The notes under the pieces were generated by a model that ran no database searches, was not told where the DNA came from, and worked only from the letters and a program-made list of their open reading frames with translations. Of a stretch of DNA of 57,271 nucleotides, positions 39,080 through 48,690 are shown piece after piece. This DNA comes from Candidatus Micrarchaeota archaeon (lineage in GTDB: Archaea; Micrarchaeota; Micrarchaeia; Anstonellales; Bilamarchaeaceae): the NCBI GenBank assembly GCA_038046805.1, contig JBBSVO010000006.1, positions 43,081-100,351 of the forward strand, read 5' to 3'. A program made the translations under genes and the position numbers. Within the stretch, counting starts at the first letter, position 1, and each line of letters starts with the position of its first letter.

Positions 39080-39427
39080 ATGCAAACTATCGAAGCATTA
39101 ATTTCCCTGTTGGTCTTTCTTTCGATTCTCCCACTTATTTTATCGTCTATTGAGCCGCACGTTCCGGACGACGCGCTTTATCGCCTTCATCTTGCAAACG
39201 ATATCTGGCGCGTGTTTTATCTCAGAGGCGATTTCGAGGATTTCGACAAAGCTGCACTCAATCGTGATGCGGAACAAATCACAAAACTAACTGGTTTGTG
39301 CATTGGTTTTGAAGAAGAGGATGTAACCAGTTGCATAGGAGAGAGCGAATTCATAAGGATAAAGAAGATCGCAATCATTGATGGAAATCCGAAATGGATT
39401 ACAATGATGGTGTCTGTGAAAAAATAA
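39080..39427 (+). CDS. Pilin-like membrane protein
   Basis: MQTIEALISLLVF N-terminal helix. Confidence 0.55.
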   Translation: MQTIEALISLLVFLSILPLILSSIEPHVPDDALYRLHLANDIWRVFYLRGDFEDFDKAALNRDAEQITKLTGLCIGFEEEDVTSCIGESEFIRIKKIAIIDGNPKWITMMVSVKK

Positions 39428-39527
39428 TATCAGCCCCGGTTTTCGTCTTTCGCCGTATTTTAATCTCGCGGATTTATAAACCGCTCCATATATCATTATC
39501 TGCGACTAATTACGCGGATTGATTGAA

Positions 39528-40712
39528 ATGAGAAAAGTGGCAATTATCGGCGTTGGAATGACCCGTTTCGGGGAACACTGGGAGCGTGGATTCCGCAACC
39601 TTGTCATTGAAGCAGGAGTAAAGGCAGTGGAAGACGCCCATCTTCAGGGCAATGAACTCTCTGCCGGCTATGTCGGAACAATGGCTTCAGGAAGCCTTAT
39701 CGGGCAGGAGCATATAGGTGCTCTTCTTGCTGACTATATGGGGCTTAATCCAATCCCGATTACAAGGGTTGAAGGTGCCTGTGCATCGGGTTCTCTTGCA
39801 CTTAGACAAGGATTTATGGCAGTGGCCTCTGGCATGCATGACATTGTCGTTGTTGGCGGTGTGGAAAAAATGACTGACCTTGGCACAGAGGATGTCAGTG
39901 ATATTCTCGGAGGGGCAGGGGATCAGGAATGGGAACTATTTCTTGGTGCAACCTTTCCCGGGCTTTACGCGCTTATGGCAAGAAGGCACATGCACGAATA
40001 CGGAACTACGGAAGAAATGCTTGCCTCGGTTGCGGTAAAAAATCATAAAAACGGCGCGCGGAACAAATACGCACAATTCCAGAATGAGATTACGATGGAA
40101 ACCGCCATGGGTGCAAAAATGGTTGCGGATCCGCTGAAAATGTTTGATTGCTCTCCTATAACGGATGGGGCAGCTGCGATTATTCTCGCTCCGTTGGATA
40201 TGGCAAGCAGTTACTCCAAAAAACCAATCGAAATCGTTGCAAGTGCGCAGGCTTCGGATACAATTGCATTGCATTCCCGTGAATCTCTCACAAAATTAAG
40301 GGCTACGGAAATTGCGGCGAAAAAAGCATATGAACTCGCAAAAACCACTCCGAAAGATATTGATGTTGCTGAAGTCCATGACTGCTTCACAATTGCGGAA
40401 ATAATCGCGATTGAAGATTTAGGATTTTTCAAAAAAGGAGATGGCGGGAAGGCAAGTCTTGAAGGAAAGACCGGGCTTGAATACGCTGGCGGAAAGGGAA
40501 ATGGCGGGATTCCAATCAACACTTCGGGCGGGTTAAAGGCATGTGGACATCCGGTTGGTGCAACTGGAGTAAAACAGGCAGTTGAAATCGCATGGCAATT
40601 GCGCGGGGAAGCAGAGGGAAGGCAGGTAAAGGATGTGAATATCGGGCTTACGCACAACGTTGGCGGTTCTGGCGCGACTGCGGTGGTTCATATTTATAAG
40701 AGAGGATATTGA
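39528..40712 (+). CDS. Acetoacetyl-CoA thiolase (archaeal SCP2-type)
   Basis: [41 protein letters not shown]. Confidence 0.95.
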   Translation: MRKVAIIGVGMTRFGEHWERGFRNLVIEAGVKAVEDAHLQGNELSAGYVGTMASGSLIGQEHIGALLADYMGLNPIPITRVEGACASGSLALRQGFMAVASGMHDIVVVGGVEKMTDLGTEDVSDILGGAGDQEWELFLGATFPGLYALMARRHMHEYGTTEEMLASVAVKNHKNGARNKYAQFQNEITMETAMGAKMVADPLKMFDCSPITDGAAAIILAPLDMASSYSKKPIEIVASAQASDTIALHSRESLTKLRATEIAAKKAYELAKTTPKDIDVAEVHDCFTIAEIIAIEDLGFFKKGDGGKASLEGKTGLEYAGGKGNGGIPINTSGGLKACGHPVGATGVKQAVEIAWQLRGEAEGRQVKDVNIGLTHNVGGSGATAVVHIYKRGY

Positions 40713-40741
40713 GGAAGTGAAAAAATAAAGGGGGATGGAAA

Positions 40742-41200
40742 ATGACTGGAGTATTAAAATTCAACAAATCGTTAGTAATATCGGGTGCGGTCTTTGCAAT
40801 CAGTGCGCCGTTGCTTGCCTTTTCTGGTGTAAAACTATCTACGCGCGCGCCAATTGTAGAGCAATTGAATCGTGAAGCTGCGACGGCCAGAGAAAAATTA
40901 GGGGCTGATACTGCAAACATTCGTTTAGATGGGCTGAAATGTGCGGCATCTACTAAAGATGTTAAAACCTGTTTTAATAATGAAACTGCTGCTTTGGCAA
41001 AAGTTACGGAGAATGTAAATCACCTAGACGCGGCCGCTAAAGGTGCCAAGACGTCTACTACTGCTTTCGGATTTCTTGCTGTTTTTTCCTTTATTGCTGC
41101 TGGGGTATCTGCATTACAGTTAGTACCTGGATTAAGAGGCTTATTCCGAAAAAAAGAACCGCAAGAACAGCAAGAATTGGCGCAGGGTGTTTCACAATGA
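40742..41200 (+). CDS. Orphan two-TM membrane protein (type A)
   Basis: N- and C-terminal hydrophobic helices and a Cys pair; ATGA-coupled to the next gene. Confidence 0.7.
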   Translation: MTGVLKFNKSLVISGAVFAISAPLLAFSGVKLSTRAPIVEQLNREAATAREKLGADTANIRLDGLKCAASTKDVKTCFNNETAALAKVTENVNHLDAAAKGAKTSTTAFGFLAVFSFIAAGVSALQLVPGLRGLFRKKEPQEQQELAQGVSQ

Positions 41201-41592
41201 CTTTCAAAACTTCGTTTCGTAATAAATTAGCCGTTGCGGGCGTGTTGGCGGCAGGAGCATTTTGCGTGCCGAGAAATGCCACCGCCTTTCCAGAGCCTCC
41301 CTACACCGAACGTGGATTAAAAGAAGGCATTATGACGACAGTTCCAGCCGATTCGGCTCGCGATGAAATGGGAAAAGAAGTCGAACGTATGGTCTTCGTT
41401 GGAACTATTGAGGTAAGACCCGACTTTCTTGTGTTTGGCGTTTTGTTCTCAGCAGGTGCTCTAATCGCTGCCATATCTCTCACCAAGCCGAAAAAACCAG
41501 ATTTTTCCAGTGCTGATGGTTTTATCTGTAGCGGCAGTTTTTGTGGAGAACCCCATCACAAGAAACTAGGGAAAGAAGGCGATGCTAAATGA
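41197..41592 (+). CDS. Orphan secreted/anchored protein (type B)
   Basis: Signal peptide ending ATA-FPEP, C-terminal TM; ATGA overlaps. Confidence 0.65.
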   Translation: MTFKTSFRNKLAVAGVLAAGAFCVPRNATAFPEPPYTERGLKEGIMTTVPADSARDEMGKEVERMVFVGTIEVRPDFLVFGVLFSAGALIAAISLTKPKKPDFSSADGFICSGSFCGEPHHKKLGKEGDAK

Positions 41593-42005
41593 AACAAACA
41601 ACAAGAAACTTAATTCGTGGCGTAGGCGTGGTGGCAGTCATGGCGCTTCCAGTAAGTTCTCTGGCAGTTGGCGCGGCAAAGGCATTCGGGCATCCTTTAC
41701 TTGAAGAAGGCCGCGACACCAAACCAAAAATAGTGGCCCAGCTCCAAACCTCACCCCGACTGGAAAATAAAACAGCACCAAAAAATGCTGGCGGTGGTCG
41801 GATTATTAGTTTAGATGGCGGGGTAATTCCCGAAACTCCTCTGGAAACACCTCGAGAAAAACAAACACCCCCAATAACTGATTGGCGTGCGGTTGCCGTT
41901 GGCGGTTTAATCGTTGTCGTAGCCAGCGCACTAATCGCTTTAGTACGGATTCGATTCAGTAATAGGGGGGATAAAGGCGAAGAATCCAAAGGTGGTTTAG
42001 AATGA
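41589..42005 (+). CDS. Orphan secreted/anchored protein (type B)
   Basis: Signal peptide ending AKA-FGHP, C-terminal TM; ATGA overlaps. Confidence 0.65.
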   Translation: MKQTTRNLIRGVGVVAVMALPVSSLAVGAAKAFGHPLLEEGRDTKPKIVAQLQTSPRLENKTAPKNAGGGRIISLDGGVIPETPLETPREKQTPPITDWRAVAVGGLIVVVASALIALVRIRFSNRGDKGEESKGGLE

Positions 42006-42490
42006 CTCTAAGACAAAGATTTTCAGATCGCAGAGGTACGATAATAGGTTCGTGCGTTGGCATTGTAGCAGCAGGTTTCATGCTTGCTTCGGTTCCTGCA
42101 TTAAAGGAAGAAATAAGAGGTTTGGAAGGTAAGTACCTCGTAGCATCAGGTAACGTTGTCTTAGCCAAAGGAGATGGCAATTATCGTTCCTGTGCATTAC
42201 TCGAATATCCTGTGTATAGAAAAGGCTGTGTAAGTGCTACCGACACATTTATTACGGTAAATAAGAGTCTCTCTGCTGCAAAAATAAATTTATCATCTGC
42301 GTTCGGATGGTCAAGTGCATTTGCTCTTCTTGGTTTGGCCATAGGCCAGCTTATTGATACAATCCGGTCAGCGAGAAAAGCCAAAGCAGCGCTTAAATTA
42401 TTAGACGTCGTTAACGAACAGGTTTGTGCGGCTCTTGAAAACATGCGCATTGTTCTCGAATCTCACGCTAAAAAAGGTGATCCCCAATGA
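42002..42490 (+). CDS. Orphan two-TM membrane protein (type A)
   Basis: Two hydrophobic helices, a Cys pair, and an AAK...AFG motif shared with 40742..41200. Confidence 0.7.
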   Translation: MTLRQRFSDRRGTIIGSCVGIVAAGFMLASVPALKEEIRGLEGKYLVASGNVVLAKGDGNYRSCALLEYPVYRKGCVSATDTFITVNKSLSAAKINLSSAFGWSSAFALLGLAIGQLIDTIRSARKAKAALKLLDVVNEQVCAALENMRIVLESHAKKGDPQ

Positions 42491-42885
42491 GAAGCTCAAT
42501 ACCATTAACATGGAGAAGAATTCCCGAGAGATATCGCATGATAGGCTCAAAATGCACAACGTGCTCCGGACATTTTTTCCCGACCAGAGAAGTATGCCCG
42601 AAATGCAGGAGAAAGGGAAAACTGGAAAAGGTGCAGTTCGCAGGAAAAGGAACGATTTACTCATTCACGGAAATTGATTCCGCTCCATCCGGCTTTGAAG
42701 AGCAAACGCCGTATGTTCTTGCAATCGTCCAGCTTGATGAAGGCGCAAGACTTACTGCCCAAGTTGTTGACGTCCGCGCAAGCGATATAAAAATCGGAGA
42801 TAAAGTAGAAGCGGTTTTCCGAATGATTCAAAAGGATGGGGATGAAGGCTTAATCCATTACGGGTTCAAGTTCAGGAAGGCGTGA
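42487..42885 (+). CDS. DUF35 Zn-ribbon/OB-fold thiolase partner
   Basis: WRRIPERYR, CTTC...CPKC, PYVLAIVQL, IHYGFKF. Confidence 0.92.
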   Translation: MRSSIPLTWRRIPERYRMIGSKCTTCSGHFFPTREVCPKCRRKGKLEKVQFAGKGTIYSFTEIDSAPSGFEEQTPYVLAIVQLDEGARLTAQVVDVRASDIKIGDKVEAVFRMIQKDGDEGLIHYGFKFRKA

Positions 42886-42890
42886 GGTGT

Positions 42891-43301
42891 TTATATCTTC
42901 AATAATTTTACGAGCTCCTCGGTGGTCACTATTCTTATTTCGTTTTGTCCTTCCCTTAATCTTCGGTCATTTGTCCATAGAACTGCGTTCAAGTTCTTTG
43001 CCAGTGCTAGAAACGGCCAGTCCATTTTGTCAGGAGTGAATTTCAAGACATATTCTTTGTGCATTGCATACTTCTCTTCGCGCACAATGGTAATTCGCGA
43101 GAGTACAAGCGAAAGAATCGTATAAAACTTGTTTTCAGTATCCCCGCTCTTTTTCATTAGTTCCTGCCGGTGTTTAATTATTTCTTCCCCGATAAACTCT
43201 GGCGCGTACGGTTCCAATTCTGGATTAAAGAGAATTTCCTGAGTTGTTGATCTTTTCAGTATTGCGGCAATTGCAATATTCGTATCCACGACGATTATCA
43301 T
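42891..43301 (-). CDS. PIN-domain (VapC-like) toxin
   Basis: IVVDTNI, DKMDWPFLALA, WTNDRRL. Confidence 0.85.
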   Translation of the reverse strand: MIIVVDTNIAIAAILKRSTTQEILFNPELEPYAPEFIGEEIIKHRQELMKKSGDTENKFYTILSLVLSRITIVREEKYAMHKEYVLKFTPDKMDWPFLALAKNLNAVLWTNDRRLREGQNEIRIVTTEELVKLLKI

Positions 43302-43534
43302 CGTTTCTCCTCGTGTCTTTTCCATACTGCTGCTTTAATCTTTTCAGAAAGTTTCTGAATGTCTTCATCTGTTGCCTTGCTTTCAGAAGTTAATGCCTTT
43401 AGCAATTCGAGTTTTTCTATCTGGCTTTCAAACGCCGCTCTGGCAACTTCTGACCAGTTTATAACAGCAAATTCCTCCATTCTCTTTTTCATCTCTATAG
43501 GTACGGAAACAGTTATGTTCACCATATTCATCAC
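43298..43534 (-). CDS. RHH-type antitoxin
   Basis: VNITVSVP...INWSEVAR; coupled upstream of the PIN gene. Confidence 0.8.
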   Translation of the reverse strand: MMNMVNITVSVPIEMKKRMEEFAVINWSEVARAAFESQIEKLELLKALTSESKATDEDIQKLSEKIKAAVWKRHEEKR

Positions 43535-43580
43535 ACAGATTATATGTGCAATGAAGATTTATAATGTTTTCTGTGTTGTC

Positions 43581-44435
43581 TTATTTACTATTTTTAGCCC
43601 TTTTCGCAGCCTCAACCGTATTCCTAATTAGCATCGCAACAGTAAGAGGCCCAACTCCACCAGGAACAGGAGAACAATTCGCTTTTTTTATCACATTCTC
43701 AAAATCAACATCTCCAGTAAGTTTTCCGTCCGAGGTTTTCGTTGTTCCGACGTCAATCACAAACGCGCCTTCTTTCACCATGTCCGCGGTTACGAGTTTC
43801 GGACTTCCGACTGCGGAAACAATTACGTCTGCATTGCGGGTAAATTCATTCATGTTCCGCGTTTTGCTGTGACATACACTCACCGTAGCATTTTTATGAA
43901 GCAGCATCAGTGCCATGGGCTTTCCGACAATATTGCTTCTTCCAATCACAACTGCATTCTTCCCTGCAAGTTCAACTTCATACTGTTCAAGCATTTTCAT
44001 AACACCAAAAGGAGTTGCTGGAGGAAACATGGTTTCGTCAAACTGGTTCAAGACAACCTTTCCCATATTATAGGGATGAAATCCGTCCACGTCCTTTTGC
44101 GGATCGATTGTTGAAATCGCCTTATCCGCGTTCATGTGTCGTGGAAGCGGTAACTGAACAATAAATCCGTGCGTTTTGCCGTCATGATTCAATTTTTTAA
44201 TCAGCTTGAGCAGTTCCGCTTCTTCTGCGTTATGAGGCAGTTTATGAACATGCGCCTCCACTCCAACTTTTGCAGCCGTCTCAACCTTTTTCCTGACATA
44301 GACCTGAGATGGTCCTTCCTCTCCTACAACGATTATGCCGAGAACTGGCTTCAGTTTATGCTCCTCAATCTTAGCCTGAGCTTCCGCGAGTATCCGTTCA
44401 GCAGGCTCCTTTCCACTAAGAATTCGATAGTGCAT
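43581..44435 (-). CDS. folD: Methylene-THF dehydrogenase/cyclohydrolase
   Basis: VQLPLP, KDVDG, PATP, GRSNIVGKP, PVPGGVGP. Confidence 0.97.
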   Translation of the reverse strand: MHYRILSGKEPAERILAEAQAKIEEHKLKPVLGIIVVGEEGPSQVYVRKKVETAAKVGVEAHVHKLPHNAEEAELLKLIKKLNHDGKTHGFIVQLPLPRHMNADKAISTIDPQKDVDGFHPYNMGKVVLNQFDETMFPPATPFGVMKMLEQYEVELAGKNAVVIGRSNIVGKPMALMLLHKNATVSVCHSKTRNMNEFTRNADVIVSAVGSPKLVTADMVKEGAFVIDVGTTKTSDGKLTGDVDFENVIKKANCSPVPGGVGPLTVAMLIRNTVEAAKRAKNSK

Positions 44436-44528
44436 AATAGTTCTTCGCAATAGTTATTTAAATTGTTTCTTACATCATAACCCACGTTAATTTACTACTT
44501 AGAAATGGTGATATAAATATCAAAATCA

Positions 44529-44996
44529 TTGTTTAAAACAGTCGGAGGCCAGGTTGCAAGAGCTCATATAGCTGAGGAAAGAGGTAGAAATAGGTTTCTG
44601 CAAGCCAGGCCAATTTCTCATCAAGAACAGGAAGCAGCAGAAGCAAGTATTAAGGCAACCGTTGGCAGATTCTCAGGTCTGTCCGTCAGAACCAGAGAGA
44701 ATCTTGAATTTCTTTTGAAATACCATCCGTTACAAAGTAAGCTTTTAGCTCTTTTTAGAAAGCTTAAGCCAGAAGAGTTTACCGGAATAAGCGGTGAACA
44801 TACCCTGCGGACTTTATGCTGCAGGGAAAACGAACTTGCCGCGCTTGCATTTACGGATTCTTTACTCCGTAATTTAAATTTTCATATGGGAGATTCGGTT
44901 TCACTGGATCGCTTTATGAAAACAGTTCGTTCTGTCAGAAGGGAAAACCATGCGATTGTTCCCCCACTGTTTTTGAAAGAAGCGACTACCAAGTAA
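44529..44996 (+). CDS. Hypothetical protein
   Basis: 155-codon ORF filling the intergenic gap; start codon uncertain. Confidence 0.5.
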   Translation: MFKTVGGQVARAHIAEERGRNRFLQARPISHQEQEAAEASIKATVGRFSGLSVRTRENLEFLLKYHPLQSKLLALFRKLKPEEFTGISGEHTLRTLCCRENELAALAFTDSLLRNLNFHMGDSVSLDRFMKTVRSVRRENHAIVPPLFLKEATTK

Positions 44997-45038
44997 CTGT
45001 ATTTTAACCCTTTTCCAGCTTATCTATCTCATCTTTTT

Positions 45039-45165
45039 GGGCCTGTAGTGGAAAGCGTTCAGACAAAACAACGCCGACAATGGTTAACACGCCTGCTTGA
45101 CAGCTTGCGGATTATTCCGTATGGCAAAATGCAGGAGATTCGCGGTCCGATTCCGCGCGGGCCCA
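45039..45165 (+). tRNA. tRNA-Val(GAC) with two 27-nt introns: 15/16 (45054-45080) and 37/38 (45103-45129)
   Basis: Spliced sequence GGGCCTGTAGTGGAA|TGGTTAACACGCCTGCTTGACA|TGCAGGAGATTCGCGGTCCGATTCCGCGCGGGCCCA; A15:U48 pair consistent; relaxed BHB GTGG-AAA-GCGTT/AACGC-CGAC-AAT. Confidence 0.88.
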
Positions 45166-45328
45166 TTCCCATATCCCTTTTCTTTTGTGAAAAGAAAAGG
45201 TCTGAGGGGTTTACAATTCGCAAAAATTGTAAAGCTGGGAAAATCCGAAGGATTTTCACGGATTCACCCCAAAAGAAAACGTTTTATTCACCCGTTTTCA
45301 TTTTGCCCAAACATAATCCTTAGCTATT

Positions 45329-45384
45329 GTTTCGGGTTTTCAGTCTCGGGTTTCGGGGCCAGTGTTTTGTGTCTCCTGTCCCGA
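45329..45384 (+). repeat. Degenerate heptamer tandem array
   Basis: gtttcgg gttttca gtctcgg gtttcgg ggccagt gttttgt gtctcct gtcccga (period 7). Confidence 0.7.
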
Positions 45385-45393
45385 ATCCAGCCG

Positions 45394-46050
45394 CTAACTC
45401 AGTTTTATTCTAACCTTTACTTTTCTTCCTTCCGGAAATATCCTGCGCAATTCTTTCCTGGAAATTATTTCCAGAACGCTTTCATCATGGTGTGTTCGTT
45501 CCGGTATCACAACAAAACATTCCTCTTTTCCTATTTTGCACGAATACGCATATATCTTTCCGAATTTCCGTCCTTCCCTTTCAAATCCTTCAATTACCCT
45601 GGAAGCATGCCCAATCATCTTGATCTTTTCAATTTCGGATTTTTTATCCAGTCTGATATTCAATGTTCCAGGAAACGGGACAAATCCAAGAGCCTTTTTT
45701 ATCCGGTCTGAATATTGTTTGACATAATACGCGCCCTCTCCCATTCCATTTGCCACTGTTCCAGTGACAGTTATCATCTCTCCATCCGGTTCATTCTGCG
45801 ATTTCTTTCCACAAAGTGCGGCCTTGAGCGTATCGTACAGGAGTTCCAGTTCTTCAATCCCTTTCTTTGTTATATCTATCCCGCTCGCGGTGCGATTTAT
45901 CCTTCCGCTTTTTTCCAGTTCTATCAAAATCCGCGATGAGTTCTGCTGTGACATATCTAAATCTCTGCCTATCTGTGTAGTTGATATCCTCACTGATCGT
46001 TTGTGCGCACCTTTTTTTGCCAGAAGAATCAAAATTTCAATAGTTGCCAT
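45394..46050 (-). CDS. ribK: CTP-dependent riboflavin kinase with N-terminal wHTH (RbkR-like)
   Basis: ISTTQIGRDLDMSQQNSSR, GMGEGAYY, PFPGTLN, PERTHH, LEIIS. Confidence 0.92.
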   Translation of the reverse strand: MATIEILILLAKKGAHKRSVRISTTQIGRDLDMSQQNSSRILIELEKSGRINRTASGIDITKKGIEELELLYDTLKAALCGKKSQNEPDGEMITVTGTVANGMGEGAYYVKQYSDRIKKALGFVPFPGTLNIRLDKKSEIEKIKMIGHASRVIEGFEREGRKFGKIYAYSCKIGKEECFVVIPERTHHDESVLEIISRKELRRIFPEGRKVKVRIKLS

Positions 46051-46128
46051 ATTTACCAGTTTTATGGTAGGTCGGAGGGTATTTAAATCTTCCAGACGTC
46101 GTATTTCCAACATAAAGATGTGATTTAT

Positions 46129-46821
46129 ATGGCAGACCCACTTTCGGCAAATCCGCAGACGCTTGTTGATGCAGCTGCGGCGGGATTGAATCAGTCTGTA
46201 ACCTCGCTCGTCGGCGCATTACCAAACCTTGTTTTTGCAGTCGTGCTGGTGGTTATTGGTTGGTTTGTTGGCAACTTTGTTGCTATGGTACTGAAGAAAG
46301 TTCTTCAGCTGATAAAGTTTGAACCGTTCCTTGAAGCCCACAGGGTCGAAGATGCCCTTGGTAATGTCAAGGTGAGCAACGTCTTTGTTCAGCTGTTCAA
46401 ATACTTTGTCATCATTCTATTCGTGCAACAGGCAGTTGCGATGCTTGCGCTGGGCTCATTGTCTGAGTTCCTTGGCAAGGTTATTGACTACGCACCGAAA
46501 TTGATCGGCGGCATTCTCGTGGTCGTGGTAGCTGCAATTGTCGGAGAGCTTGCAAAGGAGAAAGTTCTTGAAGTCCATGAAAAAGAGGACTACATGAAAC
46601 TCCTGGGAACCGGAATAAAATACATTGTCGTGTTCATGGGCATCGTAATGGGCCTTGACACGCTTGGTTTCCCGACAACAATCATCACAGCAACCTTTGT
46701 CTCAATGGTGCAGGCACTTGGCCTTGCGCTTGGACTTGCGGTTGGTCTTGCCTTCGGATTCGGAGGACAGGAAGCTGCAAAGGACTGGGTAAGGGAATGG
46801 AGAAAGAGGCTTAACGTATAA
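46129..46821 (+). CDS. CmpX/MscS-associated TM-helix repeat membrane protein
   Basis: LPNLVFAVVLVVIGW, YAPKLIGG, LAVGLAFGFGG. Confidence 0.75.
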   Translation: MADPLSANPQTLVDAAAAGLNQSVTSLVGALPNLVFAVVLVVIGWFVGNFVAMVLKKVLQLIKFEPFLEAHRVEDALGNVKVSNVFVQLFKYFVIILFVQQAVAMLALGSLSEFLGKVIDYAPKLIGGILVVVVAAIVGELAKEKVLEVHEKEDYMKLLGTGIKYIVVFMGIVMGLDTLGFPTTIITATFVSMVQALGLALGLAVGLAFGFGGQEAAKDWVREWRKRLNV

Positions 46822-46822
46822 G

Positions 46823-46890
46823 CTTCTTTTCTTTCTTTTTTTCTTTTCTATTTTATTTTTCATTTTTGGTTTTTCCGCTTTATTTTTATT
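46823..46890 (+). terminator. Oligo-T tract, probable archaeal terminator
   Basis: Long T-rich run immediately after the stop codon. Confidence 0.45.
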
Positions 46891-46912
46891 TTGTAGCTGC
46901 CTTTTATAACAT

Positions 46913-47512
46913 ATGAAATACGGTGGCTTGGTTCTAGAAATTCCGGATTCAGTTTACGAACCAGCAGAGGATTCATTTCTTCTTGCAAAACATGCATCTG
47001 GGCTGAAAGGGCGGATTCTTGAAATCGGATGCGGAAGCGGAATTGCGGCACTTCATAATGCGAAAGAGAATCCGAACAACGAAGTGATCGGAGTGGATAT
47101 TAATCCGGATGCCGTGAAATGCGCAAAGGAAAACGCAAAGCGGAACAATATCAAGAATGTAAAATTCTTCAAAAGCGATTTATTTTCAGCAATAGCCCCG
47201 AGCGAGAAATTCGACGCGATTTTGTTTAATCCTCCTTATCTCCCAACATCAAAGGACGAGCGCGTAAGCGGAAAATTGAACGCAGCGTTTGACGGTGGAA
47301 AATCCGGACGGCGCATTCTCGACCGTTTCCTGCGTGCGTTTTCTAAATACCTGAAGCTGGGCAGCATCGTCCTGTTAATCCACAGTTCGCTCAATGACCT
47401 TCCGAAAACCGAACGTATTCTGAAGGAAAACGGATTCCGCACCGAAACGCTGGAAACGGAAAACTTCTTTTTTGAGAGGATTTATTTAATGAAGATCTCC
47501 GCAGGACGATAA
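46913..47512 (+). CDS. HemK2/PrmC-family release-factor glutamine methyltransferase
   Basis: VYEPAEDSFLL, LEIGCGSG, FNPPY, DGGKSGR. Confidence 0.9.
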   Translation: MKYGGLVLEIPDSVYEPAEDSFLLAKHASGLKGRILEIGCGSGIAALHNAKENPNNEVIGVDINPDAVKCAKENAKRNNIKNVKFFKSDLFSAIAPSEKFDAILFNPPYLPTSKDERVSGKLNAAFDGGKSGRRILDRFLRAFSKYLKLGSIVLLIHSSLNDLPKTERILKENGFRTETLETENFFFERIYLMKISAGR

Positions 47513-47902
47513 CTCCCTTTTTATACTTTTCGCAGCACAACGATTCGAAAGCCGAACTGGCAAAATTCCAGCCGACAGATTCCCAGAACCAGAATTCAGA
47601 TCATTCGGACATCCGAATTCAAAACCGCCAGGTAAAAAACCTATTAGTGATGGTAGAAATTTCACATTCACTAAAAAGGAGAGGGGCGATCGCATTCCAA
47701 AACCTCCACCAACAAGGAGAGTAATTTGAGATGTTTTGATTTTTGGTATGGTGGGACCATTCGTTTAGCGTGTTCTCCAAATCTATTCACATCATCGCTT
47801 GGTTTTTAACCAATGCGTAGCTTATATTTAATTGCAATGATGACGTGAACAACCTCCTAGGCGCAAGCCGGTGACGATGCTAACAGCGTCTGAGCAAATT
47901 GC

Positions 47903-47975
47903 GTTCCCAGTTTTCCGTTTCGCGTTTCGTCCGGCTCAAATTCAACCGTTTCGCGTTTTCAGTTTCGATTTCAGA
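47903..47975 (+). repeat. Degenerate heptamer tandem arrays
   Basis: gttccca gttttcc gtttcgc gtttcgt, then gtttcgc gttttca gtttcga. Confidence 0.7.
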
Positions 47976-47981
47976 GTCCGG

Positions 47982-48248
47982 CTATTTATAAGTTGTTTCA
48001 GAACGAAGGTCTATCTTCAATATTACAATTGCCTGCTCTTCTTGGAATATTGAATAAATAAAACGATATTTCCCAATCCGAATTCTATAGTCCTGTTCAC
48101 TACCGCTTATTTTTTGAACATCAAACTCCCTAAATGGTCTTGGTTCATATTGTAAAATCTCAAAAGCAGTTTTCATTCTTGCAGCGTATTCTTCTGGCAG
48201 TCTTTCGAATTCCTTTTTTGCCTGAGGTTTAAGCAGGACCTTGTACAT
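47982..48248 (-). CDS. relE: RelE/ParE-family toxin
   Basis: MYKVLL...AKKEFERL...YRIRIGKYRFIY. Confidence 0.9.
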   Translation of the reverse strand: MYKVLLKPQAKKEFERLPEEYAARMKTAFEILQYEPRPFREFDVQKISGSEQDYRIRIGKYRFIYSIFQEEQAIVILKIDLRSETTYK

Positions 48249-48250
48249 TG

Positions 48251-48463
48251 CTATAACGCCTCTATAGAAATCAGTTTACCTTCCTTAAGCTCTCTTTTTG
48301 CTTCTTCCTTCAGTTTCCTGAGTTCTTTCATTTCATTGACCGTGAGCGTTACTTCTGGGATTAGAACCGTTTCCAGTTTTAACAATTCCTTTTTAATTGT
48401 TAAAATTTCGTTATACATTGCATCGAGAGTTACATTTGCGCATCCACTCATTTCTTTCACCAA
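48251..48463 (-). CDS. RelB-like antitoxin
   Basis: Small charged ORF directly upstream of relE, ending EGKLISIEAL. Confidence 0.7.
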   Translation of the reverse strand: MVKEMSGCANVTLDAMYNEILTIKKELLKLETVLIPEVTLTVNEMKELRKLKEEAKRELKEGKLISIEAL

Positions 48464-48542
48464 ATAGTTTATGTTCCGAACTGCTTTAAAGTTATTCGTT
48501 TGATTATCATCCCACTTTTTTTCGTGCGGTTCAATTCTAATA

Positions 48543-48619
48543 GTTTCGCGTTCCGCGTCTTGGGTTCAGAGTCCAAAGTCCTGTTTGTTGCATTCCGCGT
48601 TTCCAGTTCTCTGTTTTGC
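48543..48619 (+). repeat. Degenerate heptamer tandem arrays
   Basis: gtttcgc gttccgc gtcttgg gttcaga gtccaaa gtcctgt, then attccgc gtttcca gttctct gttttgc. Confidence 0.7.
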
Positions 48620-48690
48620 AGGTTTCGTAATTCCGCACGTTGGTTCCGTACGAAGCTAAGGATTTTAATCCATAACTTCCTATCTGTGTC

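Noticed and set aside
47486..47850. Possible gene or RNA between the HemK-like gene and relE
   Set aside because: Only short frames without starts or motifs; no convincing tRNA fold.
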